Positions 39,445 through 49,053 of a stretch of 64,000 bases of DNA are shown in pieces. This DNA comes from Nematostella vectensis (lineage: Eukaryota): NCBI RefSeq assembly GCF_932526225.1, contig NC_064039.1, positions 6,257,459-6,321,458 of the forward strand, in the 5' to 3' direction. Every line of letters begins with the position of its first letter. Positions within the stretch are counted from its first letter, which is position 1. The notes under the pieces are model-generated. The model saw nothing but the letters and a program-made list of their open reading frames with translations, did no database searches and had not been told where the DNA came from. The position numbers were made by a program, and so were the translations under genes.

Positions 39445-40900
39445 TCCGTGCAAACGCTAAATTAGCCAGTGCTGCTGGCACAGCAATGTTAAATTAGCCA
39501 GTACTGCTGGCCTAGCAATGTTAAACTAGCCAGTACTGATGGCCTAGCAATGTTAAACTAGCCAGTACTGATGGCCTAGCAATGTTAAACTAGCCAGTAC
39601 TGATGGCCTAGCAATGTTAAACTAGCCAGTACTGATGGCCAAGCAATGTAAGATTAGCCAGTACTGCTGGCCTAGCAATGTTAGATTTGCCAGTACTGCT
39701 GGCCTAGCAATGTTAAATTAGCCAGTACTGCTGGCCTAGCAATGTTAAATTAGCCAGTACTGCTGGCCCAGCAATGTTAAATTAGCCAGTACTGCTGGCC
39801 CAGCAATGTTAAATTAGCCAGTACTGCTGGCCTAGCAATGTTAGATTAGCCAGTACTGCTGGCCTAGCAATGTTAAATTAGCCAGTACTGCTGGTCCAGC
39901 AATGTTAGATTAGCCAGTACTGCTGGCCAAGCAATGTTAAATAAGCCAGTACTGCTGGCCTAGCAATGTTAAATTAGCCAGTACTGCTGGCCCAGCAATG
40001 TTAAATTAGCCAGAACTGCTGGCCCAGCAATGTTAGATTAGCCAGTACTGCTGGCCCAGCAATGTTAAACTATCCAGTACTGCTGGCCTAGCAATGTTAG
40101 ATTAGCCAGTACTGCTGGCCCAGCAATGTTAGATTAGCCAGAACTGCTGGCCCAGCAATGTTAGATTAGCCAGTACTGCTGGCCTAGCAATGTTAAATTA
40201 GCCAGTACTGCTGGCCTAGCAATGTTAGATTAGCCAGTACTGCTGGCCTAGCAATGTTAAACTATCCAGTACTGCTGGTCCAGCAATGTTAGATTAGCCA
40301 GAACTGCTGGCACAGCAATGTTAAATTAGCCAGTACTGCTGGCCTAGCAATGTTAAATTAGCCAGTACTGCTGGCCTAGCAATGTTAAATTAGCCAGTAC
40401 TGCTGGCCTAGCAATGTTAAATTTGCCAGTACTGATGGCCCAGCAATGTTAAACTAGCCAGTAATGCTGGCCTAGCAATGTTAAATTTGCCAGTACTGCT
40501 GGCCTAGCAATGTTAAATTAGCCAGAACTGCTGGCACAGCAATGTTAAATTAGCCAGTACTGCTGGCCTAGCAATGTTAAATTAGCCAGTACTGCTGGCC
40601 TAGCAATGTTAAATTAGCCAGTACTGCTGGCCCAGCAATGTTAGATTAGCCAGTACTGCTGGCCCAGCAATGTTAAATTTGCCAGTACTGCTGGCCTAGC
40701 AATGTTAAATTAGCCAGTACTGCTGGCCTAGCAATGTTAAATTAGCCAGTACTGTTGGCCTAGCAATGTTAAATTAGCCATTACTGCTGGCCTAGCAATG
40801 TTAAACTAGCCAGTACTGCTGGCCCAGCAATGTTAGATTAGCCAGTACTGCTGGCCTAGCAATGTTAGATTAGCCAGTACCGCTGGCACAGCAATGCTGG
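39445..40900. repeat. minisatellite/satellite, ~37-bp unit TAGCAATGTTAAATTAGCCAGTACTGCTGGCC x ~39
   Basis: direct tandem repetition with point variants, no unique spacers. Confidence 0.9.
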
Positions 40901-41340
40901 CCCTGTTTCTACGCCATTTTGAAAGGCAGCTGTGGAAAGGCAGCTGTGGAGTTATTGGTCTACATGCCTTGTATCTTGTGGACCGAGCGTAGCTAATTAA
41001 GCGAAACTGGTCGACGTTGACGCTGTTTGCACGAGTTTGAGCATATCGTATAGATGCACTTCAACAAGAAATTCATAGAAAGGTAGCTTCTAATCACCTC
41101 TACAAATCTGAATGAATTAGATAAATTAAGAAATTTTCTCTTCTGAGGCATGGTCCCCAAGAGGTGTATAAAATAATATCTGTCAATAAGCATTCAATGC
41201 TGTTATCATGCATTATCATCATTTTTCTAATAAGAAAAAGTAATAAAACCCGATAACTCAGGTAAAGATCTATATGGCGTTTTTTTATAAATACAAAAAG
41301 CCCAAATATTAGTCGTATTCGTGAACCAGAAAAACGCAAT

Positions 41341-41442
41341 ACACCAAAAACTGGTGTTCGACTCTGCCAAATTTTCTTCTTTAATAAGACTTCCTCAGCG
41401 CTGACGAAAATTTGGCAGAGTCGAATACCAGTTTTTGGTGTA
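41341..41442. repeat. foldback hairpin: 36-bp inverted arms (1 mismatch) around a 30-nt loop
   Basis: ACACCAAAAACTGGTGTTCGACTCTGCCAAATTTTC … GAAAATTTGGCAGAGTCGAATACCAGTTTTTGGTGT. Confidence 0.7.
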
Positions 41443-43168
41443 TTTCCGTTTTATATAGAATCACTTAATATCTTTAGATAATTTACCTGTGTCCCTCGTA
41501 TAAGGACTCTCCACTATTTACATTATTAAAAAATTTCTTAACGAATTTTAATGCGCTAAAAAAGATGTCAGGAATTTTGTTTAACTTCTACAGGAAGAGC
41601 CGTTTCCGTTTGTTTTTCTGGATTCGCAGCATTAGAATGTTGCTTCGATGCGTCTCCCCAGACTGAAGCTCCATGGTCCATGAGTGGCTTTGTTAATGTG
41701 TTAGAAAATGTTTTCCGCACCATCGGTGACAGATATTTTTTTTACAGCGCTTTAGCAGTCCTAGCCGCTGTTGGCCTAGCAATCATTGATAAATGAAATA
41801 TAATTAGGATTGATAAAATAACAATGGGTCGAGAATTTATCCGGGTTGCGCCTCTTGTAGTTGAAAGTGACAAAGAAAGACTCCTTCCTATGAATACCAA
41901 CTGCTGTGGTCCTATCAGGGGTGTGCATCCGGTTTCAAAATTCTTATGGTTCACCAAATATATAAGCGCGAGTCCCGATATTAAGTCATGTTGTTACCCC
42001 GGGGTAAATTTCTGCCGTCAACGCAGGCTATCTCACCTAGGCTTAGCAATGGCAGGCGCAGCGGTTTTTAAAATCTTGCGCTTATGTTGTCCAATCCAGT
42101 TGCCTTGGATATACGGGAAGACCCTTCCGGTATTTCAGCACAAACTCCAGTGATATTTTTGCAATTTTGCATGTCTTATCCGTCGTTCTCAGATATTCTA
42201 AGCTCGATTTGGGGTCGCCATTTGAGGTGCTAGATCTTTGGGTAGATGCCATTGCACAAAGAATTGGTTAAAGCATCTGCAACGATAAGTGTGATCTTTT
42301 TTAAAGTCATTTCCAATTCTGATTTTAGTAGTCACTGCAGCTTTTCTTGAAGCACGGCCATAGTGTTCTTTAAATGTTTTAAATATTCTTTCGGACTTTT
42401 GCTGTTTTCCAGAGCATCCACGGGATATCCACAATTGGAGCCGTTCCTGATTTGCGGGTCTTTTGCAATAGGATATAAGGGTAACTTATCGATCCATATA
42501 TATCTGGTGTCATGCTTGGAGGTTGGGTCTGTCTTTTCACTCTTTTTTATCCAATGAGGCATGGAAATCCGCGACACCAATAAAAGTTCGATTGACAAGG
42601 TCTACAGCATCGTTAGGCTCATCAAACATGTACATGCCAGGGCGCTTGTTCCAGGTCAGATTGGAACGTGTCTTCGAAATTCTCAATGTGTCGCAGAGCG
42701 ATTTGTGATATAACCATGACCGTTTATCTGGCGATTTCTTTTTCGTACAACCCCCACTGGAAGGTGGTCTGAAATGGCGATATTGAATACTTCGTCTTTT
42801 ATCATACTTTAGCGGTGACTAGTGTACACGTGGTCAAGACATGATTTCGGCATGATGACGGCGTGAAACTGGTCAAGAGTGGGTATTCGAGCCCAGACTC
42901 CAGGGTGAAAGGGGGCGGAAATTGAATGAGCAGTGGGCTTCATTATATTTCCTCGTTTCGTGGACACTTCGAAACCATGTTATGAAAGTAGGTGTTTTCT
43001 GGATTAAGCCACAACTGCACTAGAAAGTATTTCTCAGGTCATAACAAATACAACAAGTTGAGAGAGTATCATGCATTTATCAGCGTCGTTTATTCAAAGG
43101 CTATTTAATACCTTAAGTACATTTTACAATTTGTTAACAAAATTTGCTAAAAAATGAACTAACATTTA

Positions 43169-43311
43169 GGCTTAGTTCAAACGTCGTATCATCCATGAGC
43201 CGTATTCAATGCAAATGCATGCAAATGAAGATGAAACAATCAACTCGATTCATTTGCATGCATTTGCGTTGAATACGGCTCATGGATAATACGACGTTTG
43301 AGCTTAGCCTT
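43169..43311. repeat. long foldback hairpin: ~62-bp arms (~95% complementary), ~20-nt loop
   Basis: AGGCTTAGTTCAAACGTCGTATCATCCATGAGCCGTATTCAATGCAAATGCATGCAAATGAA … reverse complement. Confidence 0.7.
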
Positions 43312-44039
43312 AACGAGATCTGAAAAATTGGCCCGACTGAAAACTGACTATTGCGCGATCTCAAGTGAATTTCAATTGAAGTGAAACGGTATAGGCTGCT
43401 TTCAAATACATGCCAACGGGATTACATGACCAAGAGTTAAACAAACAAAATTATATTTTAGCCTCAAGTATCTAGCCTCCCCAATTCCGCTGATATCCAA
43501 TGTCCTCCACCTCGCCTCATCCCTTTCCTTCTCCACCTTCCTCGGTCTTCTTCGTCTTTACGGTCGTCGATGCCTCTATCTTTCTGGAAATTTCTATCGG
43601 TCCGGCGGGCATTGCCACTTTTCTGGGAATTTTTATCGGTCCGGCTACCATTTCATCATCGGGCCTGCTGAAATATCAACTACTTTAGTCTGCGGTAAAG
43701 CTGGCAAACTAAGCACCAGTCATGTATGTAGAATGTACCCGGTGGCGTTTTTGTTTATTTCTGGGCAGTTTTGTTTGGTTGTACCGGGTACTCGTAGTTG
43801 TTCAGTAATGCGCTACGCAGGTTATATAGACTATTTCCGTGAAATCATCAAAGGGGGAGGGGGGAGGGGGGGAGACAAATTGAATGGGCGCATGCATTTC
43901 CCACAGCGAACTCAAGCTAAATGTAGAGCTTTGAAATTTAGACAAAAATAAACTTTCCAATGTAGCGTCGCGCGACACGTTAGGATGTGAAAAGAAAGAA
44001 TTATGGACAAACAAAATTAAACATATTTTAAATCACGCC

Positions 44040-44510
44040 GGCCTAGGAGAAATATGGTCAACCCCACCAGACACAGAAATATCAATAAATCTCATAAGAC
44101 AGAGACTGACAGATGTAGAACAATAAATTTGGCTAAATGAAATTTATAACGATGAAAGGAAGGACCCTCGACATAAAAACAAATTAAGAACATTTAGGAA
44201 ATTTAAGAGCGTTCACAATTACGAAGATTATCTCCCAAGTTAAAAATGTTAATCACACAATTGCACTAACAAAGCTTAGACTAAAGCAACCACAAATTAG
44301 CTATCGAAACAGGACGTCACACAAAACCGTACACTCCCCCTCAACAAAGAATGTGCCCAATATGCTTGGTCGAAGTCGAGGACGAGGAACACTTTATGAT
44401 AAAATGCCCGGCATATAGTGAATTGAGGAAACAAATGTATAGGGTTTTTCAATCCGCAACAAAACAGAATCTAAAAGCAATGCCTCCTGACATTTTTGAA
44501 GGTGATTAGT
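44040..44510 (+). mobile_element. decayed 3' fragment of a non-LTR (LINE, CR1/L2-like) retrotransposon ORF2, including the C-terminal CCHC tail (…LAIETGRHTKPYTPPQQRMCPICLVEVEDEEHFMIKCPAYSELRKQM…)
   Basis: characteristic ORF2 C-terminal motif R.C..C…EDE.HF...C..Y..LR preceded by frame-shifted ORF2-like text. Confidence 0.5.
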
Positions 44511-44769
44511 TTGAAACAGGAGAGTGCAACCAAATAAGAAATAGCTCAATTTGTTTGGGAAGCAACAAAAATAAGGGAAAGTGCTTTGTAATGAGAATTA
44601 TATAATCACATCGCTACAAAGTACGATGATAGAGAATTTATTGTAAATAGGAATATAATTAAATGCATTTAGAGCAACGCCCGTGAATCAAAGATGAAAA
44701 GCTGCCAAATAAAATCATTGAATGAATTGAATTGCATACCATTTTAAGAATAGTGTTTTTGAGACAGAA

Positions 44770-45748
44770 AATCGCCCCTGCTCATGGTTGCTCACTTCCG
44801 GTTTGCCAAGGAAACCCAGATGAACAGGGAACAAATTGAATGGGCGCATGCATTTTTTTTACGCTCGATATATTTATTTTTCAAGAATAGTGTTTCGTTT
44901 TAGTTTTTTTTACTGGATTCGTTAAGAGATTTCTTTATCCCAATCCAAGTCTTAATGGTATACATACCACCAGTACTCTTCCTGTTTGCTCGCCGATACA
45001 ACGTAACCATCTTCGCTTCTTGACTTGGCCTCGCTCCACCTTTGAAGATTGGGCTTGACATCGTTTGCGTCCTCTTTGCTCATGTTGCTGCTGAATTTAA
45101 AAATCATGAAAACACGAACTTTTACAACTAACTATTGGGGAATCTGGAGCGAGTTTAAAAGGTCGACTTTGCCTGATGTGAAAAACAAAACCTACAAGAC
45201 AGAGAAAAATGTGGGTGTTCGAGTGTACTGTAGCCTACCCCGTAGGCATCTCAAAGAGCATTCAACTGTTCAAAGAGCAATAGAGAAAAATTGCCCAACA
45301 CCGCCTGGTTGAACTCCCTGTGGAGTGCTCATGATTTCTCACTTCCGGTTTGCCAAGGAAACCCAAATCAAAGGGGAATAAATTGAATGGACGCATGCAT
45401 GGTTTTACGCTCGATATATTCATTTTTCAAGAATAGTGTTTCGTTCTAGATTTTTCTTACTGGATTCTTTTAGAGATTTCTTTATCCGTATCCAAGTTTA
45501 CACTGAAGAGTAGTGTGTTACCTTTCGGCCTTAGTCGGCTGAACATCGCTCAACTTTTCCAGATCAGGCTTGACATCCTTTGTGTCTTCTTTGCTCATGT
45601 TCCTGCTGACTCTAAAAATTATGAAAGCGTGAACTTTCACAATAAGCGGTATGGGGTAATCTGGAGAAGGTTGGAAGGTCGAATTTGTTTGATGTGAAAA
45701 AAAAAACCCTTCAAGACTGAGGAAAATGTGGGCTAAAGCCTTTCCCTC
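44770..45748. repeat. ~550-bp tandem repeat x ~1.8; the second unit is interrupted by the Polinton. The repeat resumes, diverged, after 62384, and a partial third copy lies at ~43850..43930.
   Basis: unit A 44775-45327 versus unit B 45328-45748 aligned; right flank 62384+ aligns to the remainder of unit A. Confidence 0.7.
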
Positions 45749-46300
45749 AGTAGTAGGGTTTTGGCGCAGCTGGCGCAACTTTTTGATCTCCCCAAATTTC
45801 ATTCCAAAAGTGGCGCAAAAGTCTCCGCACACCTCCGCCAAGCCTCGCGACCTGCGCATGCGCGAGTTTGCCAGAGATCTCTCGCACGACCAAGCCCACC
45901 TGTCAATCACTTTGTCACGTGACGGCCACGCCCACCTGTCAATCACTTTGTCACGTGACGGCCACGCCCACCTGTCAATCACTTTGTCACGTGATAGCCA
46001 CGCCCACCTGTCAATCATTTTGTAAAAAACCTGTCAATCACTTTGTCACGTGATGACCACGCCCACCTGTCAATCATTTTGTCAAAAACCTGTCAATCAC
46101 TTTGTCAAAAACCTGTCAATCACTTTGTCAAGAACCTGTCAATCACTTTGTCAAAAACCTGTCAATCACTTTGTCAAGAGCCTGTCAATCATTTTGTCAC
46201 GTGATAGCCAAGCCCACCTGTCAATCACTTTGTCACGTGCTGCACCTAGGGGGAGCCTGGGGGCTATTCTGGTCTAAAGACGTATGAGACCCTAGATAAA

Positions 46301-46561
46301 ATGACATTAAAGACGGAGGTGAAGATTAAAAACGGTGCGGCTACCGCCGGCGGTTGTTCGGTGCCGGAGGTGAACGTGAGTAACACTGCGGATGCGGGGC
46401 CTGAACACTGCTGTTGTAACGCTGATTACTATGAAGACTCAGAATACGGAAGCTTCGACCCCGTTGGGTTTGTGGCCGGAGCGGCGACAATTGTCCTTGG
46501 TGTTCTAGCAATGTTAGTCTCCATGCCACGGTATGGCGAAAAAAGATGGGTGAGATACTAG
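46301..46561 (+). CDS. small hypothetical membrane protein (86 aa, one TM) encoded inside the left-TIR-specific insertion
   Basis: ORF with upstream TCTAAAGACG promoter-like motif; TM FVAGAATIVLGVLAMLVSM. Confidence 0.3.
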   Translation: MTLKTEVKIKNGAATAGGCSVPEVNVSNTADAGPEHCCCNADYYEDSEYGSFDPVGFVAGAATIVLGVLAMLVSMPRYGEKRWVRY

Positions 46562-46703
46562 TCCACGGATGTGGTGCGGAGGCTTTAGACCGCACCGCCC
46601 CCACGCGGACCCCTTCGGAAGTCTTAGCAACCACACACATCACACCCAGAGGGAGCTCGAGGGGCTAGCCTCTCAGCTTCACATCTAAAAAAGCTTTTGA
46701 AAA

Positions 46704-46716
46704 GTGGTTTAAAGAC
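46704..46716 (+). promoter_or_regulatory. conserved promoter motif GTGGTTTAAAGAC 18 nt upstream of the TFIIB-like gene ATG
   Basis: identical motif and spacing at 47752-47764 (ankyrin), 48651-48663 (Cys-rich) and reverse-complement 61839-61852 (pPolB). Confidence 0.6.
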
Positions 46717-46733
46717 ATGAACAGTTTAATAAA

Positions 46734-47660
46734 ATGGAGGAACGAACAGTTGAACGTACGGCTGAAGATCGGTCACCACCACCATATAATATCCTCGGCG
46801 GACCGGTGCCTGAGATTAACGCCCCCACCCTCATGCCGGAATTTGCACTGTTTGACCGAGCCCTCACCGAATACGAGACTAGTAGAGCCTCCTTGGGAGA
46901 CGAGGATAGTAGTAACACCCTTTGCAATCATGGCGACCTAGTCACAGAGGACGGGGTCACTAGTTGCTTAGAGTGCGGGGAACAGATGCAGCGCGTGATC
47001 GCGCACGAAAGGGAATGGGGTTTTTACGGACATTCCGACGGCGAACGGTCTTCGGATCCAAGTCGGGTCCAGGTACGTAGGTCTGAGGATAGAAATATTG
47101 ACAAGGATGTGGAGAACATGGGTTTTAGCGGGGTAATTGTATCCAAAGCTAACGAGATATACACTCAGGTGACGAAAGGCCAGATTTTTCGCGGCGACCC
47201 ACGGAAGGCGGTCGTCTTTGCGTGTATCTACTACGCCTACAAGATGTCCGGTAAGTGTCAGACACCGAAAACCTTGATGGAAACTTTTGGATTGAGCAGG
47301 AAGAGTTGCCTTAAGGGTCTAAAAATCTTTAGTATTAACGTGCCTAAAGATTACTTACTACACGGAACGTCTCCCACCGTCGTGGACCACATTCACGATG
47401 TGATGGATAGATTCTCGGCGTCCCCCGCACAGAAGGGAGAGGTGGTCCAGCTCTACTACAGATCTAAGAACCGCTCGTCTGAGTTGAATCGCGCTCGCCC
47501 ACAATCCTTTGCGGTCGCTTTAACCTATTACTGGGTACGGCTAAAGGGGGTCGATATTACACTTAAAAAATTCTCCGAAAGAACGGGCGTCTCCGAGTTA
47601 ACCATCAGTAGGAAAGCGAGAGAAGTGGCCACAGTCCTGGGTACGCCTGGTGTGGTATGA
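46734..47660 (+). CDS. TFIIB-like transcription initiation factor (N-terminal Zn ribbon C-x-H-x15-C-x2-C, B-reader/linker, two cyclin-like repeats, C-terminal HTH)
   Basis: LCNHGDLVTEDGVTSCLECGEQ…EREWGFY parallels TFIIB [24 protein letters not shown]…GSEWRTF; core ANEIYTQV…AVVFACIYYAYKMSG…TLMETFGLSRKSCLKGLKIF parallels TFIIB cyclin repeat 1. Confidence 0.8.
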   Translation: MEERTVERTAEDRSPPPYNILGGPVPEINAPTLMPEFALFDRALTEYETSRASLGDEDSSNTLCNHGDLVTEDGVTSCLECGEQMQRVIAHEREWGFYGHSDGERSSDPSRVQVRRSEDRNIDKDVENMGFSGVIVSKANEIYTQVTKGQIFRGDPRKAVVFACIYYAYKMSGKCQTPKTLMETFGLSRKSCLKGLKIFSINVPKDYLLHGTSPTVVDHIHDVMDRFSASPAQKGEVVQLYYRSKNRSSELNRARPQSFAVALTYYWVRLKGVDITLKKFSERTGVSELTISRKAREVATVLGTPGVV

Positions 47661-47664
47661 TGTT

Positions 47665-47688
47665 TCCTGATTTCCAGAGAAATCAGGA
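47665..47688 (+). terminator. perfect 10-bp stem/4-nt loop hairpin 5 nt after the TFIIB-like stop codon (TCCTGATTTC-caga-GAAATCAGGA)
   Basis: seen in sequence; a similar hairpin follows the Cys-rich gene. Confidence 0.35.
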
Positions 47689-47751
47689 TTTCCAGAAAAC
47701 TGTCAGTTCGGAGTAGATGTGAATTAACACGTCTAAAGAAATTCGAAAAAA

Positions 47752-47764
47752 GTGGTTTAAAGAC
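47752..47764 (+). promoter_or_regulatory. promoter motif GTGGTTTAAAGAC 18 nt upstream of ankyrin gene ATG
   Basis: see 46704. Confidence 0.6.
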
Positions 47765-47781
47765 GTGGATGTAATAACAAA

Positions 47782-48606
47782 ATGGATATGCAAAGTGCTG
47801 GAAGTCTTACAAATCTCACCGTGGAGGATCAAGCCGCCACCTTAGCGAGGTGGGGAGCCGCAGACTTTGACGCCGTTATGGAGCGCGCGGCGTGGGAGGG
47901 GTGCGTCGAGACCGTGAGGTTGTGTAAGAGTTGGGGTGCGACGGATTTCGAAAAGCCGATGGTCAGGGCCGCAATGAACGGCCACACCGAGATCGTTAAG
48001 ATGTGTTGTGAGTCGGGCGCCTGTGACTTCGTGTATCCAGCGTCCATGGCCGCGAAAGGCGGGCACGTAGAGGTTTTGAAGGTGATGGGCGAGTATTGTG
48101 CCGACGGAGGAGAGGCCATGACCGAGGCCATGGGTGCTGCGGCGGCGGAAGGTCAGGTGGGGGTTGTTGAGTTGTTGATAGATCTAGGTGTCGATGTCGA
48201 TGTCGGTTGGGCCACCGCTGAGGCGGCGTACAATGGGCACGTTGAGGTTCTGAAGCTGCTGAGAGAAAACTTCTGGGAGTTTGACCCGGACTATGCTATA
48301 ACACCAGCCATCGAATCTCGCAACCTCGAGATTGTGAGGTTGTGCTTGGAGTGGGGCGCGACCGATCTCATTGTACATATGAACTACGCACGGTTTTGGC
48401 ATCTGCATAAGATTTTCGCGGTGCTACGTGCGGCGTGGGGGTGGAGTCTTGTGCATGAGGAGCTCCCGGAGAAGCTACACAAGGTGAGATTCCGTAGAAA
48501 GCTGGAGGACGAACTAATGCCAGTAGCTTGGCATCCGGACAGGTTTTGGGATTGGTGCATGGATGAGCAAGAGAAGGAAATGTTGGGAGAATGCTTCGCC
48601 AGGTAG
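47782..48606 (+). CDS. ankyrin-repeat protein (at least 5 ANK repeats: …AAMNGHTEIVKMCCESGA…, AAKGGHVEVLKVM, AAAEGQVGVVELLIDLGVDV, AAYNGHVEVLKLL, …NLEIVRLCLEWGA)
   Basis: repeated ~33-aa ANK consensus (A.-G----V--LL--GA). Confidence 0.8.
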   Translation: MDMQSAGSLTNLTVEDQAATLARWGAADFDAVMERAAWEGCVETVRLCKSWGATDFEKPMVRAAMNGHTEIVKMCCESGACDFVYPASMAAKGGHVEVLKVMGEYCADGGEAMTEAMGAAAAEGQVGVVELLIDLGVDVDVGWATAEAAYNGHVEVLKLLRENFWEFDPDYAITPAIESRNLEIVRLCLEWGATDLIVHMNYARFWHLHKIFAVLRAAWGWSLVHEELPEKLHKVRFRRKLEDELMPVAWHPDRFWDWCMDEQEKEMLGECFAR

Positions 48607-48650
48607 ACGCCGACCGGCTAGAAGGCGGGTATCGCGTGTTGGATTGAAAA

Positions 48651-48663
48651 GTGATTTAAGGAC
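48651..48663 (+). promoter_or_regulatory. promoter motif GTGATTTAAGGAC abutting the first ATG of the Cys-rich gene. The 60 bp around it duplicates the pPolB promoter/5' end.
   Basis: AAAGTGATTTAAGGACATGACCGGTTTGATAGAAATGGAGAAC versus AAAGTGGTTTAAAGACATGACTGGTTTGATAGAAATGGAGAAC (pPolB). Confidence 0.6.
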
Positions 48664-49011
48664 ATGACCGGTTTGATAGAAATGGAGAACCAAACGGTGA
48701 AAGACTCGAAAGTATCCCCCGTAAAGCGAACAACGGATTATAAGTGTCTTCATGGCAGAGTGAAATATTATTGCAAAGATTGTCACGGATCGCAAATCTG
48801 CCCTCACAACCGGAGAAAAACGCGGTGCAGAGAATGTAACGGCGGTAGCATTTGTGAGCACAGACGAGCAAGATATGTCTGTAAAGACTGCAAGGGGAAA
48901 GGGATGTGTGAACACAGCAAACAGAGACCCTTTTGTAAGTTATGCGGAGGGTCTCAAATATGCGAACACGATAGACAAAAGCACCATTGCAGAACGTGTA
49001 ACGGAAATTAA
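48664..49011 (+). CDS. basic Cys-rich protein with four tandem zinc-knuckle-like modules C-x2-C-x5/6-C-x-H-x6-C. Putative nucleic-acid-binding/core protein. N-terminal MTGLIEMEN shared with pPolB.
   Basis: CKDCHGSQICPHNRRKTRC / CRECNGGSICEHRRARYVC / CKDCKGKGMCEHSKQRPFC / CKLCGGSQICEHDRQKHHC; K/R/H-rich. Confidence 0.65.
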   Translation: MTGLIEMENQTVKDSKVSPVKRTTDYKCLHGRVKYYCKDCHGSQICPHNRRKTRCRECNGGSICEHRRARYVCKDCKGKGMCEHSKQRPFCKLCGGSQICEHDRQKHHCRTCNGN

Positions 49012-49026
49012 CATTGACCCACTCAG

Positions 49027-49053
49027 TTTTGTAACGCGTCTCACGTTACAAAA
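49027..49053 (+). terminator. 10-bp stem hairpin (TTTTGTAACG-cgtctca-CGTTACAAAA) 16 nt after the Cys-rich gene stop
   Basis: seen in sequence. Confidence 0.35.

Larger units (their letters stand above)
45749..46718. repeat. left TIR (970 bp). It has ~150 bp unique outer part, ~12 tandem subrepeats CCTGTCAATCACTTTGTCACGTGA(…) and a 30-bp palindromic element split by a left-specific ~395-bp insertion (46255-46650).
   Basis: reverse-complement identity to 61839-62383; outer 150 bp 100% identical. Confidence 0.9.

Noticed and set aside
39445-40900. Regular 37-bp direct repeats, superficially CRISPR-like
   Set aside because: There are no unique spacers: the whole period is the repeat unit with point variants. 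The context is eukaryotic and intronic, so this is a minisatellite.
42198-42780. Frame-shifted minus-strand ORFs (…RPPSSGGCTKKKSPDKRSWLYHKSLCDTL… / …YIWIDKLPLYPIAKDPQIRNGSNCGYPVDALENSK…), possibly a decayed transposase or gene
   Set aside because: I could not recognise any family or catalytic motif; left as unclassified degraded coding remnant rather than a named feature.
45518-46287. ORFs 45518-46018 (-), 45726-46025 (+), 45868-46287 (+) and mirror ORFs 61880-62443 with HLSITLSRD / TCQSLCHV repeats
   Set aside because: They are read-through translations of the TIR subrepeat array; mirror-image 'proteins' at both ends simply reflect the inverted repeat.
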